A stretch of DNA of 64,000 bases from Bryobacteraceae bacterium (GTDB lineage: Bacteria > Acidobacteriota > Terriglobia > Bryobacterales > Bryobacteraceae): positions 3,096-67,095 of the forward strand of contig JBEKWU010000004.1 in NCBI GenBank assembly GCA_049512775.1, given 5' to 3'. This document shows positions 1-7,539 of the stretch, piece after piece. A program made the translations under genes and the position numbers. Positions within the stretch are counted from its first letter, which is position 1. Each line of letters starts with the position of its first letter. The notes beneath the pieces are model-generated. The model did no database searches. It saw nothing but the letters and a program-made list of their open reading frames with translations, and was not told where the DNA came from.

Positions 1-1
1 G

Positions 2-2875
2 ATCGTACGCTTCCTGGTCGGGCAGGACGAAGAGAAGAGCATTGTGCGGCTGAACCAGAAGCTGAACGCGAATCTGGACCTGATCCCGCCCGGCGCATCG
101 CTTCCGTTGGTCAAGCCCCGCTCCATCGACGACGTACCAATCCTGGGGCTCACGTTCTGGAGCAAGCGGTACGGCGACTTCGAGCTGCGGCGCATCGCGG
201 CGCAAGTAGACGACGCCATCAAGCAGACGCCGAACGTCTCGGCGGTGACTCTGATCGGCGGCCAGCGCCGCGAGATTCGCATCGCGCTCGATCCATCCCG
301 CCTGGATGCTTACAACCTCTCACCGTTGCAGGTGGTGGGGGCGTTGGGCCTTTCCAACCGCCGGATTCGGTCGGGCGAATTTGCGAGCGGCAACCAGCAG
401 TATCTCGTGGAAACCGGTCAGTTCCTGCGCACCTCCGAGGACGTTCGCAACGTGGTGGCGGGCGTCACCAACGACAAGCCGGTCTTCGTGCACGACGTCG
501 CCCAAGTCACCGATGGCGGCGAGGAGCCCTCGCAATACGTGCGCTTCTCCGATGGGAAGGGTTTCTACCCGGCGGTAACGATCGCCGTCTCCAAGCGGAA
601 GGGCACCAACGCCGTGACCGTGGGGGAGGACGTCCTGCATCGCCTGGAACCGCTGCGGGGCACTGTCATCCCATCCGACGTCGAGATGACCATCACCCGG
701 AATTACGGCGACACGGCGAAGGAGAAATCGAACGAGCTGCTGTGGCACATGCTGATTGCCGTGATTTCGGTGAGTCTCCTCATTGCGATCACGCTGGGCC
801 TGCGCGAATCGCTGATTGTATTCACTGCCATTCCGGTGACGCTGGCGCTGACGCTGACCGTGTTTTATCTTTACGGCTACACGCTGAATCGGATCACGCT
901 CTTTGCACTGATCTTCTCCATCGGCATCCTGGTGGACGACGCTATTGTGGTGGTGGAGAACATCGCGCGCCACTGGCGGATGCCGGCCAATCGCGACAGG
1001 CCGTCGTTCGATGTCGCCGTCGAGGCGGTGAACGAGGTCGGGAATCCCACCATATTAGCCACGCTGGCAGTGGTCGCCGCCATCCTGCCGATGGCGTTCG
1101 TCGGTGGCCTGATGGGACCGTACATGCGCCCCATCCCGATCGGCGCCAGCGCCGCGATGCTCTTCTCGCTGATGGTGGCCTTCATAGTGACGCCGTGGGC
1201 CGCGGTGCGGATCCTCAAGCCGGGCGGGCATCACGAGGGCGAACGGGAGCACTTCGCGACGCGGCTTTACCGGCGGTTCATGGGCAGCCTCCTGCACCGG
1301 GCCGTCCTGCGGTGGAGCTTCGTCGGCGGCGTGGTGGTCCTGCTGCTGGCCTCCGTCTCGCTGTTGTATTTCGGCTTCGTCAGGGTCAAGATGCTGCCGT
1401 TCGACAATAAGAGCGAGTTCCAGGTGATCGTCGATATGCCCAACGGCACGACGCTCGAGGAAACGGCGCGGGTGACGCAACTGCTCGCCGAAGAGACGCA
1501 GAAGCAGCCCGAGGTGGTGAACGTCCAGACGTATGTGGGAACGGCGTCGCCCTACAACTTCAATGGACTGGTGCGCCACTACTACCTGCGGCGCGGCCCC
1601 AATGTGGCGGACATTCAGGTGAATCTGCTGCCGAAGGGTGCGCGCGATCTTCAAAGCCACGATATCGCCAAGCAGGTGCGCCAGCGCATCGAGCCCATCG
1701 CCAAGCGCTATGGAGCGCGGATCAAGGTGGCCGAAGTGCCGCCCGGTCCTCCGGTGCTCGAAACGCTGGTCGCGGAGGTGTACGGCCCCGGCATGAATGG
1801 GAGGATCGCCCTGGCGCGGCGCATCCGCGATCTGTTCCAGCGGACCGAGGGCGTCGTCGACGTCGACTGGTACGTGGAAGACGATCAGCCGAAGTACAGT
1901 TTGTCCGTCGACGAGGAAAAGGCCGCCATCAACGGGATTTCCGAGGACGACGTCGCGCGCGCCATGCAAGTGGCTCTCGCCGGTTACCCGGCCGGCCTCC
2001 TGCATCAGGACGCGGAGAAGGAAGACGTCGCCCTCACCGTGCGTCTGGACCGCGCCACGCGGTCCGATCTCCAGCGCATCCGGAGCCTGAAGATCGCCGG
2101 GCGCAACGGACGTCAGGTGGCGCTCGGGGAACTGGTGCGCTTCCAAAAACTGGTCGAGGACAAGAGCATCTACCACAAGAACCTGATGCCGGTGACGTAC
2201 GTGACCGCCGACATCGCCGGCAAGATCGAGAGTCCGGTTTACCCGATCCTCAAACTCGGCCCGGAGATCGACAAACTCCAAATCCCGGAAGGCTATCGGA
2301 TCGAGCAGCACATGGCGGCGCTGCCCTCCGATCCCGGGCGTTACTCGATGAAGTGGGACGGCGAGTGGCATATCACGTACGAGGTTTTTCGCGATCTCGG
2401 CATCGCCTTCGCCGCCGTGCTGATCCTGATCTATGGGCTGGTCGTCGGATGGTTCCAGTCGTTCCTGACGCCGCTGATCATCATGGCCGCGATCCCGTTC
2501 TCGCTCGTCGGCATCCTGCCCGCACACGGTCTGATGCATGCCTTCTTCACGGCCACCTCGATGATCGGCTTCATCGCCGGCGCCGGCATCGTGGTGAGGA
2601 ACTCGATCATCCTGGTGGACTTCATCGAACTGCGTTTGGCCGAGGGCATGCCACTCGACCAAGCCGTGATCGATGCCGGAGCGGTTCGCTTCCGTCCGAT
2701 GATGCTCACTGCCGCTGCGGTGGTGGTCGGCTCGTCGGTGATTCTTTTCGATCCCATTTTCCAGGGCCTGGCCATTGCGCTGATGGCGGGCGAGGTCGCG
2801 TCGCTGCTGCTCTCGCGCATGACCGTCCCGGTTTTGTTCTATCTGTTCAACAAGGGAAGGAGGAAGCTCGCATGA
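2..2875 (+). CDS. RND (AcrB/HAE1-type) efflux transporter inner-membrane permease; 5' end lies outside the window
   Basis: The frame is open from base 2 ([21 protein letters not shown]...), so the M at 44 is internal. The 943+ aa sequence has typical RND periplasmic loops and TM bundles ([42 protein letters not shown]). Confidence 0.9.
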   Translation: MVRFLVGQDEEKSIVRLNQKLNANLDLIPPGASLPLVKPRSIDDVPILGLTFWSKRYGDFELRRIAAQVDDAIKQTPNVSAVTLIGGQRREIRIALDPSRLDAYNLSPLQVVGALGLSNRRIRSGEFASGNQQYLVETGQFLRTSEDVRNVVAGVTNDKPVFVHDVAQVTDGGEEPSQYVRFSDGKGFYPAVTIAVSKRKGTNAVTVGEDVLHRLEPLRGTVIPSDVEMTITRNYGDTAKEKSNELLWHMLIAVISVSLLIAITLGLRESLIVFTAIPVTLALTLTVFYLYGYTLNRITLFALIFSIGILVDDAIVVVENIARHWRMPANRDRPSFDVAVEAVNEVGNPTILATLAVVAAILPMAFVGGLMGPYMRPIPIGASAAMLFSLMVAFIVTPWAAVRILKPGGHHEGEREHFATRLYRRFMGSLLHRAVLRWSFVGGVVVLLLASVSLLYFGFVRVKMLPFDNKSEFQVIVDMPNGTTLEETARVTQLLAEETQKQPEVVNVQTYVGTASPYNFNGLVRHYYLRRGPNVADIQVNLLPKGARDLQSHDIAKQVRQRIEPIAKRYGARIKVAEVPPGPPVLETLVAEVYGPGMNGRIALARRIRDLFQRTEGVVDVDWYVEDDQPKYSLSVDEEKAAINGISEDDVARAMQVALAGYPAGLLHQDAEKEDVALTVRLDRATRSDLQRIRSLKIAGRNGRQVALGELVRFQKLVEDKSIYHKNLMPVTYVTADIAGKIESPVYPILKLGPEIDKLQIPEGYRIEQHMAALPSDPGRYSMKWDGEWHITYEVFRDLGIAFAAVLILIYGLVVGWFQSFLTPLIIMAAIPFSLVGILPAHGLMHAFFTATSMIGFIAGAGIVVRNSIILVDFIELRLAEGMPLDQAVIDAGAVRFRPMMLTAAAVVVGSSVILFDPIFQGLAIALMAGEVASLLLSRMTVPVLFYLFNKGRRKLA

Positions 2876-3066
2876 CCATGGATCGTTACCTGCGTATGAT
2901 CGCCGGCGCGTTTGTACTGTTGAGCCTCGCGCTGGGTTATTGGGTGAGCCCGTACTGGTATCTGTTCACCGCGTTCGTCGGACTCAATCTGTTTCAGTCC
3001 GCTTTCACGAACTGGTGCCCGATGATGACCATTTTGAGAAAGCTTGGGGTTGGGAGTCCTCCATAA
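2872..3066 (+). CDS. DUF2892 (YgaP C-terminal-like) small two-TM membrane protein
   Basis: [55 protein letters not shown] matches the DUF2892 pattern (R..G....L........w....G..l..sa.tg.CP). The ATG overlaps the RND stop codon (ATGA). Confidence 0.7.
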   Translation: MTMDRYLRMIAGAFVLLSLALGYWVSPYWYLFTAFVGLNLFQSAFTNWCPMMTILRKLGVGSPP

Positions 3067-3203
3067 CAGCCGGTTCGGAAGTAGGTGAAAGGCCGGGCCG
3101 GTCCAGGGCCGCGCCAGGCTGATTGAGACCGGTTTCCGGTTCCTCTTCGAGGCGGGATCCTATTTTCGCATTCCGAACAGTTTTCTTGATTTCTGTTTGT
3201 CTG

Positions 3204-3931
3204 ATGGTGGACCTGTACCCGGAATTCCCAGACGACCGCGACACGATCCTGCTTACAGAGCATGCCAAGTTCAACCCGCAGATCGTGGACAAGATCTGGA
3301 AGCACCTGAACGGCAATAAAACCGTGGTGATCACCACCGGGCTGCTCAAGGCGCTGCAGGGCAAAGGTATCGAAAAGGTCGTCGAGGTCGAGTATACCGG
3401 CCGCAATGTCATCGCGAATAAATTCACGTTCCGGCGAATCATGGACGAGGAGCCGGCCAACCACTACTCCCAGAGCGACATCGTCCTTCCGCAGCTAGCG
3501 TACGGATCGGTGGACTCCGAAAAGATCATCCAGTCGATTTACAAAGACGATAGCCGCTATCCGGTTTTGCTGCGCGTGAGGGGGCTGGACAAGGGCAAGT
3601 TCTATATCCTGACCTACCAGAGAACGCCAGCGATCTTTATCAGTTTCCGCAGGAAGTCCTGTCGCAAATCCGGCGGGACCTGATGCAGGAGATTCCGGTG
3701 TACCTGGACAGCCCCGCCAAGATCTGCCTGTTCGTGTACGACGACAACACGTTTGTCACCCGGTCCTATCAGCCGACCCCGACGCGGTACAAGATCGTCG
3801 TCAAGAAGGCATCCGCCAGGCTGTTCGACCTGCGGACCGACGTCGAGCTGCGCGGATATGTGGACGGCGACACGACGGTCTTCGAAGTTCTTCAGCCGCC
3901 GCGCACCTACAGCGTGTATCGGTTCGAGTAG
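3204..3931 (+). pseudogene. Frameshifted remnant of a conserved hypothetical protein, probably also 5'-truncated
   Basis: ORF 3123..3683 reads sensibly up to ...DKGKFYILT. The sensible reading then continues in the +2 frame (LPENASDLYQFPQEVLSQIRRDLMQEIPVYLDSP...) into ORF 3683..3931. This implies a 1-nt indel near 3610-3620. The stretch is visibly more AT-rich than its neighbours. Confidence 0.55.
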
Positions 3932-4307
3932 CCGCGGAGCCGCGGAATGGGCCTGAGTCTGCACCAGGACGCTGCGAGCCACGGCTCCGGCGTATCCTCG
4001 ACGGTGATCTGCTCGCCGGGGAACAGCCCCCACCGGCTATCGACACGATAGCGGCGCGACCGGTCGCGGAAGAGGACGAGGTCTACATCGCGCCATGAGC
4101 CCTCTGTTGTACACGCTGTCGACGATACTGGCGAGTTCAGAATTCGCAGACGGCGTCTGAGAACTTGCCCAGTTGCGCCTGCCCAACAGCAACGATGATG
4201 CCAAATGGATTTGTCGTGAACGCCACGTCCGCTCAATGAGGTGCGGCTGGCTGAGAATCCACCACGGACACCAATACGTTCTAAGTGATTGAAGATAAAT
4301 GACTGAC

Positions 4308-4345
4308 GTAGAGAGAGGGATTCGAACCCGCGATAGGCCAACAAA
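4308..4345 (-). other. tRNA 3'-half-like relic (T-arm GGGTTCGAATCCC plus pyrimidine-rich acceptor-like tail); not a complete tRNA
   Basis: The minus strand reads ...CCTATCGCGGGTTCGAATCCCTCTCTCTACG. The T-loop consensus is present, but there is no matching 5' acceptor strand and no canonical anticodon arm upstream. Confidence 0.3.
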
Positions 4346-4731
4346 ATCTGCAACTTGCAGATTGCTCGTTGCCGGGCTTGCCAGGATTGCCAGCGCTGCT
4401 GTCGCGCATGGCACGCTACTGCACGCTGGGTGGCCAGACGCGATCAAGCGCGTACGCGGAAGCGGCTCGATTCCTGAAGATGCAACTCGTTGTTCGTGCC
4501 GGTGATCGCGACCGCACCGTCCTTCCGGATGTCGTTGCGCGCGACCGCCGTGCCCAGTTCGTTCTCGATCGCGAGCACCGCGGATTGCACCGCCGCGATG
4601 AAGCCCGCGACCATGTTGGCCTTCACCGTCACGCCATTCCGGTGGCTCGCGGCCATCGTGCGGGACACCCCTCGCTGGCACCCGGTGAACTGTGTGACAG
4701 CCCGCGCGGCCAGCGGGTTTACAGCTACTTA

Positions 4732-4790
4732 CCTCCCCGGCCGTCACCGGGACCGAAGCGGCCTCGGTGACGTTGGGGATTGGAGTCGTC
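4732..4790. repeat. 59-nt repeat T (copy 1) containing an 8-bp-arm hairpin; lies immediately 3' of the minus-strand gene 4796..5551
   Basis: cctccccggccgtcaccgggaccgaagcggcctcggtgacgttggggatTggagtcgtc differs at 1 nt from 5646..5704. The arms cgtcaccg (4742-4749) and cggtgacg (4765-4772) pair. No U-tract follows on the minus strand. Confidence 0.85.
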
Positions 4791-4795
4791 CGGAG

Positions 4796-5551
4796 TTAGT
4801 GCATCCGGCCAGACAAGCCAACAAAACACTGTCCAGTTGCCGGCTCCCGAAAGTCCAAATAGAAATGCAAGTCTGCCCCTGCTGGAATGTAGAGTTTGCC
4901 TGGCAGCGCTGCGCTCCACCAGGTTGTGGTTGCATCCCCGACTGTCTCTGCAATCGTAACAAATGGGAACCTGGGCTGGTCGCCGGCATGGGAATCCATC
5001 CAGATGATCGCCTTGGTAACTTTGGCCCCGGCGTTCGAGTAACAATGGAACGTCACCATGTCGGCTTCGACTGCGTTCACAAAGTTGCCCATGGGAATGC
5101 TGACGGTATAGGCGCCGGGAAAATTGTAATCCCATGAGCGGACGATGAAGGTTCCACCGAGGTTCACCGTGTTTCCCGTGCCGCTCAAGGCCACCTGGGG
5201 CGTGCCGCTGAGGGCCACTGTGCCGGTGACGGGCATCTGTCCGCCCGAGGGGGCGACGGTAACCGTTCCCTGCTGGGCCACCGGCAGGGTCCCGCTCATC
5301 GTCACCGGCAACGGGGAGGCGGCTGTCACATTGACGGCCGAATTGACCACTTGCACCGCCATCCTGCCGCCCGCCGGAGTGACGTACAACGGGGCGGTCT
5401 CCCCTGCCGCAACAGGCAGCGGCGTGTTGGTGACCCTGAGCGGGGACGAGTAGACGGTCTGGCTCCAGGCCCCGCATGCGAACACCAGCAACAGTATGCC
5501 TGCGACGGCCAGGCCCAGGGCGGGCAGCAGGGCGCTACCGGGCTCGGGCAC
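4796..5551 (-). CDS. Secreted repeat protein, paralog of 5704..6555. Its 5' end is a chimera of a PEP-CTERM tail and a signal peptide. GTG start without a Shine-Dalgarno sequence; may be decaying.
   Basis: (M/V)PEPGSALLPALGLAVAGILLLVFACGAWSQTVYSSPLRVTN... From AGILLLVFACGAWSQT onward it parallels the neighbouring paralog. An in-frame TAA lies 2 codons upstream, so the GTG at 5551 is the earliest possible start. Confidence 0.6.
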   Translation of the reverse strand: MPEPGSALLPALGLAVAGILLLVFACGAWSQTVYSSPLRVTNTPLPVAAGETAPLYVTPAGGRMAVQVVNSAVNVTAASPLPVTMSGTLPVAQQGTVTVAPSGGQMPVTGTVALSGTPQVALSGTGNTVNLGGTFIVRSWDYNFPGAYTVSIPMGNFVNAVEADMVTFHCYSNAGAKVTKAIIWMDSHAGDQPRFPFVTIAETVGDATTTWWSAALPGKLYIPAGADLHFYLDFREPATGQCFVGLSGRMH

Positions 5552-5614
5552 ACCACGTTACTCATTACGGCGGGGGAGGTGTATTCGGACCAAACCGGGC
5601 GGGGTTTTCTTGTG
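5551..5614. repeat. 64-nt repeat U (copy 1), directly abutting the GTG of gene 4796..5551
   Basis: caccacgttactcattacggcgggggagg(t)gtattcggaccaaaccgggcggg... is near-identical to 7471..7534. Confidence 0.85.
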
Positions 5615-5645
5615 GGGCGCGGAACCGCCCCTGGCGCCCGCGCGG

Positions 5646-5704
5646 CCTCCCCGGCCGTCACCGGGACCGAAGCGGCCTCGGTGACGTTGGGGATGGGAGT
5701 CGTC
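5646..5704. repeat. 59-nt repeat T (copy 2); lies immediately 3' of minus-strand gene 5704..6555
   Basis: Same sequence as 4732..4790 apart from one T/G difference. It overlaps the stop codon by 1 nt. Confidence 0.85.
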
Positions 5705-6555
5705 TAGAAGGCGCCGGCCCGGCCGGCGATGGAAACCCAACATGTTGCATCTGAAATATGGGGCGTCCGAATGATGTAGACCCTTATATATGAGTCGTCA
5801 GGGATGTAGACCTTGCCTGGCACCGCTCCGCTCCAATAGTCCGCGTTGAAATCCGGGGATGACCCTTGGAACGTCATCGGAATCGGGAAGCTCACCTCCA
5901 GGCCGTCGGGGTGGGGGGGATAATCCACCAGGAAGATTGCGGATACCGGTTTTTGCCCGACCGCGAAGGTACACCTCACCGTCACGGTTTCGGCTTCCAC
6001 CGCTTGTGTCGGGTATGGCAGCAGAAACCAGTTGGTGGCATAGCCCCCGATAAGATCCACTTGCCATTGGTGCTGGTATGGGGTCCCAGCGAGTTTTACC
6101 GTGTTCCCCGTGGTGCTCAAGGTCACCTCGGGGGTTCCGCTCAAGGTCACCTGGGGTGTGCCGCTGAGGGCCACGGTGGGCGTGCCATGGATGGCCACGG
6201 TGCCCGTGACGGGCATCTCTCCGCCCGAGGGGGTGACGGTAACCGTTCCCTGCTGGGCGACCGGCAGGGTCCCGCTCATCGTCACCGGCAGCGGGGAGGG
6301 GGCCGTCACGGCCAGCGGGGAGGGGGCTGTCACGTTGACCGTATTGCCCACTTGCACCGACATCTTGCCGCCCGCCGGGGCGACGTACAACGGGGCGTCA
6401 CTCGCCGCCGCAACAGGCAGCGGCGTGTTGGTGACCCTGACCGGGGACGAGTAGACGGTCTGGCTCCAGGCCCCGCATGCGAACACCAGCAACAGTATGC
6501 CCGCGACGGCCAGCCGGGACGCCGCGCGAAAAGAATCCGCTCTCAGTTTGTTCAT
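5704..6555 (-). CDS. Secreted protein of unknown function with 8-residue tandem repeats (paralog of 4796..5551)
   Basis: MNKLRADSFRAASRLAVAGILLLVFACGAWSQT is a signal peptide. AAGGAG lies 7 nt upstream of the ATG at 6555; the track's start at 6585 is a GTG inside the upstream gene's tail. The N-terminal ~150 aa are collinear with the paralog, and the C-terminal domain has diverged. Confidence 0.8.
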   Translation of the reverse strand: MNKLRADSFRAASRLAVAGILLLVFACGAWSQTVYSSPVRVTNTPLPVAAASDAPLYVAPAGGKMSVQVGNTVNVTAPSPLAVTAPSPLPVTMSGTLPVAQQGTVTVTPSGGEMPVTGTVAIHGTPTVALSGTPQVTLSGTPEVTLSTTGNTVKLAGTPYQHQWQVDLIGGYATNWFLLPYPTQAVEAETVTVRCTFAVGQKPVSAIFLVDYPPHPDGLEVSFPIPMTFQGSSPDFNADYWSGAVPGKVYIPDDSYIRVYIIRTPHISDATCWVSIAGRAGAF

Positions 6556-6581
6556 GACATCGCTCCTTGTAATTGGGGGCA

Positions 6582-7433
6582 TCACGCCCGCCGTCTGAGT
6601 ACGAGAATGGCGACCAGGCCCAGGGCGAACAGCAGGGCGCTACCGGGCTCGGGCACGTTGCCGGGGCCTCCGCTGAGATCCTCGGCAAACGTCAGGCCGG
6701 TCGGGCCGGACGAAAGCGAAAACGTCGAGATGGGGGCGGACGAATTGAAGTTCACGAGTCGCGGCGCGAGGGTTTGGTTATCGATGGCCAGGGCCCACCA
6801 GGAGTCCGCGACCGGATCGTGGGCCAAGCCGCCGGCAGCGGGGAAAAAGACGCTGCGGAACATGCCTCCGAGCTCGATGGCCGTAACCATCGGGGGATAG
6901 GAATACACGCCCCAGTGCGCGCCGTCGCTGCCGATCACGTAGAGCCCCCCCGCGTAGGCCAGGCCGCCGTCGTAGGAGAGGCTGCCGTCCTCCAGGTCCT
7001 CGATGAGGGTTGCCGATCCGCCGCCGGCGAGGCTGATGGAGTACAGGCTGCGCTGGACGCCGTTCGCATCGCCGCCGATGGCGTAGAACGTGCCCGGAGC
7101 GCCGGCGTACGCCAGCCCGCCGAAGAAACCGTATCCGAGAGAGAAGAGCGGTGTGACCTCACCGGTCCAGGAAATGGAGTTGAGGGTCGAGGCGGCATTC
7201 TCGTCGCTGGAAACGGCGTAGAACAGGTTGGATGAGGGATCGAAGGCGAGGCCGCCCGTGAAGCCTGCGCCGAGGGGGAACAGCATGTTGAGTTGTCCCG
7301 CCGGGCTGATGCTCGACAACGAGAAGTCGCCTCCGTCGAGGCTGGTGATGGAGTAGAGCATCGGGCCGGCCGCTGCCACGGCTGTGCCGGCCAGTAGGGC
7401 CAAAAACACACGACGAAGGCGATGAATCATCAT
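6582..7433 (-). CDS. PEP-CTERM sorting-domain protein with a repeated GGLA(F/Y) beta-propeller-like body
   Basis: The C-terminus ...GPGNVPEPGSALLFALGLVAILVLRRRA* is a canonical PEP-CTERM signal (VPEP + TM + basic tail). It has an N-terminal signal peptide, and GGGAGGAG precedes the ATG. Confidence 0.85.
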   Translation of the reverse strand: MMIHRLRRVFLALLAGTAVAAAGPMLYSITSLDGGDFSLSSISPAGQLNMLFPLGAGFTGGLAFDPSSNLFYAVSSDENAASTLNSISWTGEVTPLFSLGYGFFGGLAYAGAPGTFYAIGGDANGVQRSLYSISLAGGGSATLIEDLEDGSLSYDGGLAYAGGLYVIGSDGAHWGVYSYPPMVTAIELGGMFRSVFFPAAGGLAHDPVADSWWALAIDNQTLAPRLVNFNSSAPISTFSLSSGPTGLTFAEDLSGGPGNVPEPGSALLFALGLVAILVLRRRA

Positions 7434-7470
7434 TCTCCTCCCGGATGTGGAGCGTCGCGGTCCGCAATCG

Positions 7471-7534
7471 CACCACGTTACTCATTACGGCGGGGGAGGG
7501 GTATTCGGACCAAACCGGGCGGGATTTTTGTTGG
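7471..7534. repeat. 64-nt repeat U (copy 2), between the CHAT gene stop and the PEP-CTERM gene; ends 37 nt upstream of that gene's ATG
   Basis: Near-identical to 5551..5614. The position suggests a promoter or 5' leader for the PEP-CTERM gene; that function is inferred. Confidence 0.8.
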
Positions 7535-7539
7535 GCGAG

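Noticed and set aside
4346-4362. Palindrome atctgcaa-c-ttgcagat as the anticodon arm of a tRNA (GCA or CAA anticodon) joined to the T-arm at 4317-4329
   Set aside because: No register gives a 5-bp stem with a 7-nt loop, U33 and a purine at position 37. No 5' acceptor strand complementary to the 3' tail exists upstream. I kept it only as a relic.
4742-4772. T-repeat hairpins (also at 5656-5686) as Rho-independent terminators
   Set aside because: The stems are strong, but no U-tract follows on the transcribed (minus) strand. I reported them as conserved repeats or possible 3' stabilisers rather than as terminators.
5326-5661. 111-aa minus-strand ORF starting with ATG inside repeat U (MSNVVCPSPVAPCC...)
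   Set aside because: It is out of frame with the conserved secreted-protein reading frame and is Pro/Ala/Cys/Trp-rich nonsense. The same ATG in U copy 2 opens a different, equally non-conserved frame (7159..7485).
6115-6338. Short regularly spaced repeats considered as a possible CRISPR array
   Set aside because: The units are contiguous 24-mers with no spacers. They are degenerate and lie in frame inside a coding sequence. No cas genes are nearby.
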